DNA of 64,000 nucleotides from Selaginella moellendorffii (Eukaryota; Plantae; Lycopodiophyta): NCBI RefSeq assembly GCF_000143415.4, contig NW_003314287.1, positions 332,203 to 396,202 of the forward strand, read 5' to 3'. Shown piece by piece: positions 54,111 to 64,000 of this stretch (position 1 is its first letter; each line of letters starts with the position of its first letter). The notes under the pieces were generated by a model. It saw only the letters and a program-made list of their open reading frames with translations, ran no database searches and was not told where the DNA came from. The position numbers and the translations under genes were made by a program.

Positions 54111-57100
54111 TATCAAGACCCCCACCAAGATCAAGACAGGAAAATGCAAAAGACAAAGAGAAAAGCTAGTGGAAACAAAGAAGAGGCCTTAGACTGGCGT
54201 TGATTCAGATTGTGGAAAAATGGAACAAAACTAACCTATATATACTATAGGTTGATGAAGCTCCACCACTCTTGGATCGAGGACGGCCTAAATATAGCTG
54301 AGGTTGAGGAGGCGCCACATCAATATCAGGAATGTGGCTCGAGACTCAGGAAATGTATAGGAAATCAGAGAGTCAGGAATAGGGAAGTGTCTCGAGAGTC
54401 AGGAATAAGGAAGTGTCTCGAGAGTCAGGAATAGGGAAGTGTCTCGAGAATTAGGAATGTGGTCTGCAGGTCAGGAATCCGGTGAGAGTCAGGAATGTGG
54501 CAAGAATTGGGGGATTCCTGACAGCACCCCCTCCTCAAGAACGAGTGGAACGAGGATGTGAATGAGAACGACGAGGAGGATGAGATGAGTGGCGAGGGAT
54601 GGGAGATGGAGAAAAAGAATGAGGACTAGGATGAGAAGGATAGCAGTGGTGGAAGTCCTGAACAAGGTCAGGAGAATGAATCAGGTTGTCCGTAGCTTCC
54701 TAAATGCGTTCTTCAAGTCCGTAACCCTTCCAATTGACCAAATAGTAGAGTTTAGACCGTGAAATCTTGGAATCAAGGATGTCCTAAACCTCGTACTCAA
54801 ACCCATCCTCAAACTGCACTGGTGGAGATGGAGGAATGACCCGATTGGGAATAGGACTGGAAATATAAGGCTCAAGGAGAGAGGAGTGAAAAACGGGGTG
54901 AATTTGATATGAGGAGGGAAGTGCAAGGCGATAAGTGACAGGATTAATGATGGCAGTGATAGGGAAAGGACCGAGGCATTTGAAATCAAGTTTTGGATAG
55001 GGCCTGGTGGTGGAGATATTTCGCCTGAGGAGCCAGACTTTATCCCCCATATTGTAAGGAGGACAATCCTGACGATGGACATTGGCAAATGTTTTGTGAG
55101 ATTCCTGAGCACGATGGAGGTGGAAGGAGATGGAGTTGTGGATTTCGTGGAGGTTAGAGACAAATGCCTTAGAGCGGGGATTTGAATGAGAGGATTTGGA
55201 TGGAGAAGGAAGTGAGAGATTGAATCGGGGATTTCGGCCAGAGTTTGCAAAGAAGGGGGAAATTCGAAGAGAGGAGTGAACAGAGTTGTTATAGGAGAAC
55301 TTAGCAAGGGGAAGGATATCAAACCAGTTATCCTGATGATAGTTGATGAAGCACCTCAAGAATTGTTCCAACGTCTGAATTGTTCGTTCGGATTGCCCAT
55401 CAGTTTGAGGATGATACACCGAAGAGAGGTTGGCCTTCACTCCAAGCAGCTACAAAAACTGTTGCTAGAAATGAGAGATGAACTGAGGCCCCTGATCCGA
55501 AACCACATCTGTAGGAATCCCATGAAGTCGGAAAATTTCCCTGAATACTAGTTTTGCCATGTCCTCGCCCGAAAATTCTTTGGTACATGGCAAGAAGTGT
55601 GACATTTTTGTGAAGCGATCCACCACGACTAAAATGCTATTGAAGCCTCCAGAACTCGGAAGATCACTCAAGAAATCCATGGAGATGGATTCCCAAGGAC
55701 CTGAAGGGACCGGAAGGGAACGAAGCAAACCTGAAGGAAGGTGGCGAGGTACCTTATTCCAGGCGCAAGTGTCACAAGAGGTAACAAAAGCTTTGATGTA
55801 GTCGTCCATGTGAGGCCACCAAAAGTCCCGTGCAACTAGCTCATAGGTTTTCGCAATGCCGAAGTGACCAGTAGTCGGGCTATCATGGCACGCTATCAAG
55901 ACCAACCTTCAAGCATCACCTTCAGGAACGTAAAGCTGCTCCCCACGGTATAATAAGCCATCTAAGAACTCGAACTCGTCAAATCACTGGCAGTTGGGAG
56001 TCACTGAGTGTCCAGCCTGAAGATGGGGGAAAATGTCGCTGGCAAGATCATTGGATTGAAGATCGTTTCTGATTGCATCCATCAAGGAGGAGTCCTGAGG
56101 GGCCAGGGAAATTGCCATAACTTGAAGCCAATCAGGACCGAGGATATCTTGATCCTGTTGATCGAAGGCAGGATTACCAGGCCTGAGACTAAGATAGGAG
56201 CGCCTTGAAAGAGCATTAGGAAGGCCTTGAAGCTTTCCAGGTCTGTACTTGATAACAAAGTCAAACCAACTCAAGAATTGTGCCCACCTTGCTTGACGAC
56301 AGCTTAAAACTCGGGAAGTGGCAAAGTACTCGAGATTTTTGTGATCCGTCCAGATTGTTGTTTGATGGCCCGCCCCCTCCAAGAAACGGTGCCACTCTCC
56401 AAAGGAATCCATGATGGCAAGGAGCTCCTTGTCGTGGATTTCGTAATTGATCTCCGCAGGCTGGAATTTCCGAGAATGGAAAGCGACTGGATGAAGTTCT
56501 TGATCTGCTCCAAGTTGAGACTGCACAACACCGATGGCAAAGTCGGAGGCGTCAGCCTCGATGAAGAAAGGTTGTGAGGAATCAGCATGGATCAAAACGG
56601 GAGCAGAATTGAAGGTTGCCTTGAGTGTGTCGAAGGCGTGCTAAGCAGCAGCAGACCAAGAGAAGGGAACATCCTTGCGAGTGAGATGCGTGAGAGGAAG
56701 GACAATGTCAGAGTAGTGATCAATGAATTTGTAGTAGAAGTTGGCGAAGCCAAGGAAAACCTAAACGTCCGACATTGATTGTGGAGGCTCCCACTCGAGA
56801 ATAGTCTTGACTTTGGCAGGATCCATCGTGATACCCTCAGGAGTGACAATGTACCCAAGGAACTCCACAGACTACTGATTGAAGGAACATTTCTCAAGCT
56901 TCGCGTATAGGCCGTGTTCTCGCAGCTTCGCCAGCACTTTGCGTACATGTTCGTCGTGCTCCTCCTGAGTTTTTGAGTAGATGAGGATGTCATCGAGGTA
57001 GACGATCACCATTTGATCAAGAAACTCCCAAAAGACGTCGTTCGCCATGTGTTGGAAAACTGCTGGAGCATTTGTTAAGCCAAATGGCATGACAGTGTAT

Positions 57101-59757
57101 TCGAAGTGGCTATAGCGGGTTCAGAACGCAATCTTCCATTCATCACCAGGCCGGATCCGAATCAGGTTGTATGTGCCACGGAGGTCAATCTTGGTGAAGA
57201 AGCGGGCACCGCTTAGGCGTTCCAACAGGTTTGAGATCAGGGGCATCGGATAATGGTTCTGAACAGTCACCTTGTTCAAACCTCGGTAATCGATGACTAG
57301 CCGCAAACTCCCATCCTTCTTCTTGACAAAGAAGATAGGTGCTCCAGTCGGGGACTGAGAATGCTGAATGTACCCTGAGGCAAGGTTCTCATCCACGTAC
57401 TCTTTGAGGGCCTTAAGCTCGGACGGGGATAACCCGTAAATAGGCCCCCACGGAGGTGACGCTCCTTCTTGTAAATCAATGGGACAGTCATAAGGCCGAT
57501 GAATAGGCAGTACACTAGCTTTTTTCTTGTCAAACACATCCCCAAAATCATGATACTTCTCAGGAAGATTGACAGGAAAAACATGCAAAGCAAAAAGGAA
57601 AAGAGGTTCTTCATGAAGGAGTTCTTTCATAGTGATTGTGGAGATAGGAGGAGGTGTACGATTAAATGGAATGATGAGACGAGGATATTGTCTAGTGTAA
57701 GATGCAAGAGAGGAAAAAGAAGAGAGTGAAAACTTCGTAGAGTTAGGAACAGAACCCTGATTTGAGTTTAGGGAACTTTTCCTGATTCGAACTCGATGAA
57801 CAATAGGGGAAGCCGTGGGAGATGGTGATGTGGGAGAGATGAGCTGTAATTCCTTCCTCTAACAAATCTGAGGCTGATGTAGTTGGAACCAAGGAAGACC
57901 AAGCACCACAGAGGATGACTTGCTGTTGATGATGTTGAAGGCGATATCAGTGATGGTGGACCCGATGTGTACTCAAATGGGCAACGTTTCCCTAAGTCCA
58001 GAAGATGGAGACACAAAATGCCTGCCAATGCCTTCAACCCTCAGATCCTGTATGGTAGGAGACAGAGGAACGTGATGTTGGGTAGAAAAGTCTGTGTCCA
58101 TGAAGCAGGAAGTTGCACCCGAGTTCAGTAGCGCCAGAGCCTTGAGTCCTGATTGTCCAGTGAAAGAAAGGAGACATGGGATGCGGAAGTTGCGGGAATT
58201 GGTGGTGGCTTTGATGAAAGGTGGTGAGGAGCTTGATAAAGAAGAAAAGTGATTTTTATTTGGGGAGTCCAAACAGACAGCTCTTACTCTGTTTGGACAG
58301 GGTCATTTCCCGACTGCAACAGAAGTGGACTTTGAGGCAGAGTGAACTCGAGCAGTCGGGGAGGCTTCTTGGGACACACAGCTGCTTTGTGATTTAGGAT
58401 CAGCACAGTAGAGGCAAAGATTATGAGATATTCAACATTACTTCTCAACAGGACTCAACTTCCCTCTAATGAGTCGGGGAGTACCAAAAATATCCATAGG
58501 GACCGGAGCAGTAGGTTCAGGAGTATGCCCCGAAGACTCAAGCTGGGATTCCTGAGTCTGGGACGGAAAAACAGCGGCGCGGCGACTTTCCTGACGACGT
58601 TCAAAGAGACGATTGTCACATCGAACAGCTTTGTTGATGGCGTCCGATAGGTCCTTGGGATCCTCCATGGTGAGCAACAAATCCTTGACACCGTGGTTGA
58701 GGCCGAAATGAAATTGGTCAATCAGGGCCTGCTCATCCCACTGAGTGTCCAAGGCAAGGAGTTGGAACTCTGCAGCGTAGATCGAGGCAAGACGAGACCC
58801 CTGAGAGAGACGTCTCATCTTTGTGGTAGCAGCCCGAATCCGATTCGTCTCGCCAAAACATGCTTCAAGCTTCTCTTTGAACAATTGAAGATCCATCAGC
58901 TCCAGAACCACGACCCCTTTCATGCTCTTCTCCAGAAGAGGAGAAAACCATGACAAAGCTGCACCTTCGAGCAACATCCGATTTGAGACTCGGAAGTGGG
59001 GTACTACTGATGTTGAAGTGCAAAGATCAGCTCCATTTGGTTCAGAAATCCGCGAAGCTCCGAACGCTTGCATGAAAATTTTGCTGGGAAACTCACCTTT
59101 GGTTCAGGAACTTTGCTGGATCCTTGAGCCGAAAGTGAAGCAAGCTCCTGCTGCATGCGAAGAAGGGTCGCCTTCAGCTCGGTATTCTCAGACTGGATTT
59201 TTGCAAGGACTTCGGCAAAGAAATCAAGATGGCTTGGAGACTCCATCGGCAAGAAGAAAGAAAAAAAAGGGGGGAAAAAGACAAAGGCAATCAAACAATC
59301 GAAACGAGATAAAGCAAAAGCAAAAAGCACAATCTGAATCAAACTGTCAAGACCCCCACCAAGATCAAGACTGGAAAATGCAAAAGACAAAGAGAAAAGC
59401 TAGTGGAAACAAAGAAAAGGCCTTAGACTGGCGTTGATTCAGATTGTGGAGAAATGGAACAAGGCTAACCTATATATACTATAGGTTGATGAAGCTCCAC
59501 CACTCTTGGATCGAGGACGGCCTAAATATAGTTGAGGTTGAGGAGGCGCCACATCAATATCAGGAATGTGGCTCGAGACTCAGGAATCATACAAGAAATC
59601 AGAGAGTCAGGAATAGGGAAGTGTCTCAAGAGTCAGGAATAAGGAAGTGTCTCGAGAGTCAGGAATAAGGAAGTGTCTCGAGAATTAGGAATGTGGTCTG
59701 CAGGTCAGTAATCTGGCGAGAGTCAGGAATGTGGCAAGAATTGGGGGATTCCTGACA
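54111..59757 (-). mobile_element. Full-length Ty3/gypsy chromovirus copy 3 (Tcn1/Tf1-like); LTRs 54111-54523 and 59345-59757
   Basis: 413-bp LTRs (about 17 differences counted by eye); TSD TTTGC/TCTGC; PPT; gag, protease, [11 protein letters not shown], RNase H EADASDFAIG, integrase YHPQTDGQSER, chromodomain YEV*DILDS..YLVNWKGY; scattered stops. Confidence 0.96.
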
Positions 59758-59759
59758 TC

Positions 59760-62700
59760 TGCTTTAAGATAGCAGAGTTAGGGATAGGCATTTTAGTGGA
59801 GGATCACCTTGCGGAATTCTCTTCTTATTGTGCTAACAACCGGATCACAGACAATGTGACTAAGCACAAGACATTCACTCAATCAATGCATATACATGCA
59901 TAGCAATGGCTACTTGTGCTGGAGGTTGAGGAGAAGTGGGACTTTGACACTCTCCTCCAGACATTCAAAAGCACATTCTCTCAAGAGGTTCCTCTCGGAG
60001 CAACTTATCCAAGACTTATTCTAGCACGAATGAGTCTATTTTTGACTATACAATGTGATTCAAAGCATTTTAGAAGATCTTTCTTGACAAAAGAGTGACA
60101 CAAGAAGATTCCATTGGAGTGTTAGCCTTTGTATAAGGCCTCAAGCCTGGGCTCTAGAGAAAAGTTGCTAAGTGATGTCGTGACACCTACCCACCACTAG
60201 TGATGTCATGATGCCTACACACATGCTGGAGAACTTTAGTTGGAGATGTTCCACAAACTCGGTGTCTCCTTCATTGAGGAGCTTGTCCAAAAACCCTTAG
60301 CGCTTGTCTCTATGTCTTTGTTCACATCACAGCCCCTCAGTCAGTCGTAGAGAAATTTTCCGCCACAGTCGAGTCTACTTTGGCTGAGTTCAAGGAATAC
60401 AAGGTGATCCTTCAGCAACAGTAGAACTAGTAGAGCAAACTCATGGAGGAACTCTAAGAATTGAAGATGGCTATACAAGACCACCCTCAGTGATAGCCTC
60501 ATTGGTGTAAGAAGTGCAAGGTCTAGTTACACAACACAACTCATTGTTGGCGACTACAACTAGAGTTGTGCCCACAGAGATAGTTACCACATGAGTAGAG
60601 AGTCTAGTGCCAACAATTGCAGACATAAGGCCCTAGATGCCTCTATAGAGTATTATGAGACACTACATTAGTGTGCTATTGAAGCACCACCGGCAAATGA
60701 ACATGGCAAATTCCCAATGAATATAATCTATATGGTAGCGAAGTTGATAGAAAAGATGGCTACCCAGACTTAGAGGAAAGCACAGATAGTAGTAGAGGAG
60801 TTGGACACCAGCTCCAACAATTGTTTCCCCTCTAGTTCTCATTGCTTGCAAATTGCCTTTCTTGAAAGCATTTGCAACAGTGCCATCATCTTCACTCATA
60901 TCTTGAATTCTAACATCTGCATGCATGCCAAACTTCACCAACACACAGCCCAGAGGGTCTCCTTTGATGTCAAGTGGTCACTCAAACAATTTTATTGACC
61001 AGGTCATGGCAACTCTAATCACAACTTCCCACTACTTCCCAGCTTTGCTTCAGCAGCTTGAGGTCTTAGTGCAAGCTCTTAGTGGAATGGCACCTTCTTT
61101 AGTCCTAGAAATGGCTCCTATTCCTGTTGTCAATGCCACAATGGCTCTTGATCCTAGCACATTTATAGTTCTGACAATGATTGTGGGCATCTATGTGGAG
61201 GCTCTTGCTGACTCTGGCTTGGCCATAAAAATTCTCTTCTCCACTCTCACCCAACAAGCAGGCTTTTGGATCTAGGATTATTCCAAGGTCGTGCTAAAGA
61301 CCTTTGCAGATCACTCTGTGGCACTTGCAGGAATTTTCCAGAGTGTCCTTGTTCTCATCCATGGTCATGAGTCCACAGTCAACTTCCTTGTCATGGACTA
61401 CGTTGCTATGGGAGCCTCCTCATAGGAGAAGTCCGTCATTTTGGGATGGCCATGGTTAGATGCAATGTCTTATGTCTTCAACTTCAAGTACAAGAAACTA
61501 CAGATTGGGAGAGGTGACAACCAAGTGACAATCCTCAATGCTAAGGGTAGGCAATTGCATCCTAGGACATGGTTGAGATCACAAAAGCACCATTAAGCTC
61601 CTCTCCACAACAATCCTTTGCTTCTTCATCAATTGCTAACATGATGATGGATGGAGTCTTAATATTTGGGATGTAACATGATTGATTTTCTACACATGGA
61701 CTGGACAACATTGTCCTCAATTTCTCCTCCATCCACTCTGCATCACTATACTCAGGCTCAAAAAGATCTAGACAAGATTCTTAAGATTCCAAAAATACCT
61801 AACTTGGAGAAGAACAGAATTTTTGTGGTGCATTTGGAGAGTGATTTTCTTGAGACAAATCTTATTGCAGAGATACAAGAGAACACTTTATAACACTTTC
61901 TCACATAGCTAGAGGTGGTAGATTTAGTTCTTCCTAGCTCAGAGATTCTACACAGCTCTATCAACATGAGTGATATCTGTATGAGGCTTCAAGAAGAAGC
62001 AATGACTCTTGCACTTGTGGAGCACAATGCCCATCTAGAGGAGGTAGAGATGCAGCCTTGGCCACCAGATGAGGCCACTTCACTTAATATTGACCTAGCA
62101 TGACTTGCATTTGCATTGCCAAGGGGATTTCTCTTCATCCTCTAGAGTTACTATCCATTAAGCTATACCTTTACAAGAAAGTCTTCATGTGACATTATGA
62201 GCAATGATAAGAACATATTTGCAGCGACTTAAAGGCTATTTCTAGCCACAACTTTTTTGCTGCACCTTCTCCAGCTCTCCACCATAGTCCACAACACTCT
62301 GACACAAAAGATGGATGACAGGCTAGAAGCTTACAAATTATCTATCAGCCAAAGGTGGCAAAAGTAACACCTTTTTTCCACCACCAGCCCAGCTCTTTTC
62401 AGAAGCTTCTCCAACCTTAGGATGTCACATTGGACCTCTCCAACCACAAGATATTAGCTATAACCTCACCCATAATGATCGTGGCACTTCACTCAACCAT
62501 TGGATTCTTATGAGCACTTTAGACTGAGTTCACTATTTTGGAGATTCTTCCTTCCATGCTTTAGGGGCTTTAGACATTGCCATACACAGCCGAGCTCCAA
62601 ATTTGCTCATTTCGGCAATTCTACTCACTTTGGACCTACATTACATCACACATTAGAGGGTGACATAGTAGCTTTTGCAGCATCTCTGGCCTCCTTTATG

Positions 62701-62900
62701 ACTCTTTAGGACCTCCTAGCACAAACTCAATCATTGCTCAATCTATGTAATTTCGACAAGGCAAGCCCTTTTCAATGGGATAACTTGTGATGCTCCATGA
62801 TTTAGTCATCCATAACATTCTCCCCTAGGTGGCTTGGTCCCTTCTTCATCAAGAAGCACATTAGATGTGGTGTTTACATCCTCATAGATGAGGTAGGGTA
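59760..62900 (+). mobile_element. Old degenerate Ty3/gypsy gag-protease-pol remnant
   Basis: WDFDTLLQTFKSTF gag-like segment; YVEALADSG and ILGWPWL protease motifs at about 61190-61460. Confidence 0.55.
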
Positions 62901-64000
62901 GGAGTTGTCTCTTTCTCTCTCACTCTCTTAGGTGAGCTCATTTCACTCTCTTTTTCTTCCTTTTCTTTTCTTTTTCTTTTTTTACCTCTGCTTTGATCTC
63001 TTCTTTGTCACATCCAAGATGCGATTTTTATGATAGAGTAAGCATAAGCTTGGACTTTCACTTTAAAGCTACATCAACTCCTCTCATTTGGAAGCTCATC
63101 AATTTCACGGTTTGCTACTCACAGTTCCTATGTTTTCTTTACATGATATCATTCCATCTATCTTCAACATCACTCTCCATTACTCATAGTCACAATTGAT
63201 TTATTTCACTACTTGCTACACCACTATTTACCACTCACTACAATTGCTTGGTTCACATTTCTTCACTTTTCTCACCATGCAAAAATGATCTTGAGGATCC
63301 TATTACATCACTCTATTCATCATCAAAATACACAGCAAAAACATCAAGAAACAGCCAAATCTAACATGTCAAACTCAAGATATGATACAGATTATCTCGA
63401 TGTAGCAAGTACAGGTAAATCTAGGACACTTAGCAACTGATTCTTGAGAGCTGGTTGGACCAGATGCACACAAAAAACCAGGAATTACTTTGGATGGACT
63501 ATCATATATGCTGCTGAATACGTTGACTATATTCACAAGTTGCCAAATCCCCTCTACTATCACTCCATTACAATTGGCTATCACTATCTTCCACCATGCA
63601 TTTATTAGGCAGCCATCTTTCATCATTCTTGTAGTTACCATTCCTAGGCAACACATTCACTTTCATCACTTCATTCCCTTGGAACTTTGAGAGCAGTTAG
63701 GCTATGTTTAAGACACTTTCTAGAGGTGAGGAGGCCTTAAGTTGGAGTTCAAGTAACTGGTTCTCCTATTTAGTTTTATGTTTCTATCTTCTCTTTTTCC
63801 ATTTTTCCTTTGTTCTCTTTTTCTTCTCTCATTTTCACGTTTTTTTCCTCCACTTTCATTTTAGTGTTTATTTCTTTTGTCAAGTTTTCCCATGTGATTT
63901 CCCCTTGACTCTAGAACTCTATGCTCTCTTTCTTATTTTTCACTTTCCTTTGTTTTTTCTTTGGTCTCTTCTCCTCATAGCAATTATTGACATAGGGCAT

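Noticed and set aside
54368-54450. Regularly spaced 25-nt repeats resembling a CRISPR array
   Set aside because: Head-to-tail tandem repeats with no unique spacers, inside an LTR of a eukaryotic genome.
58922-59437. 171-aa antisense ORF across gag and the 5' LTR
   Set aside because: Not preserved as an ORF in the equivalent region of copy 1; low-complexity product.

Overview
Eukaryotic nuclear DNA from an early-diverging land plant. Very short GT-AG introns (about 45-75 nt), compact intergenic spacers, PLS-type PPR fragments and Tcn1/Tf-like chromoviruses point to the lycophyte Selaginella (inference). The first 13 kb is a compact block of intact housekeeping genes: a Bet v1/PR-10 protein, TRM5 tRNA methyltransferase, a CCCH zinc-finger protein, chloroplast Hsp70 and a nucleobase-ascorbate transporter. 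The remaining 50 kb is an accessory, TE-rich region. It holds three copies of a self-priming, -1 frameshifting Ty3/gypsy chromovirus, a hAT element nested in another gypsy element, a TRIM, a 0.9 kb foldback palindrome, and copia, gypsy, PPR and DUF677 remnants. Embedded among these is a cluster of toxin/effector-like genes: (i) two duplicated Crinkler/RHS-type genes (coiled-coil header, P-loop NTPase, restriction-endonuclease-like tail) sharing a +1 frame break at the NTPase/nuclease junction; (ii) an OTT_1508-like nucleic-acid deaminase (HCE...GISKLPCFLC...GSHGK) inactivated by a premature stop; and (iii) an apparently intact 8-exon orphan gene lying head-to-head with the deaminase, with 37 bp between the start codons. 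The deaminase/orphan pair is a candidate poison-antidote (toxin-immunity) module. Family assignments come from motif recognition by eye, not database searches.
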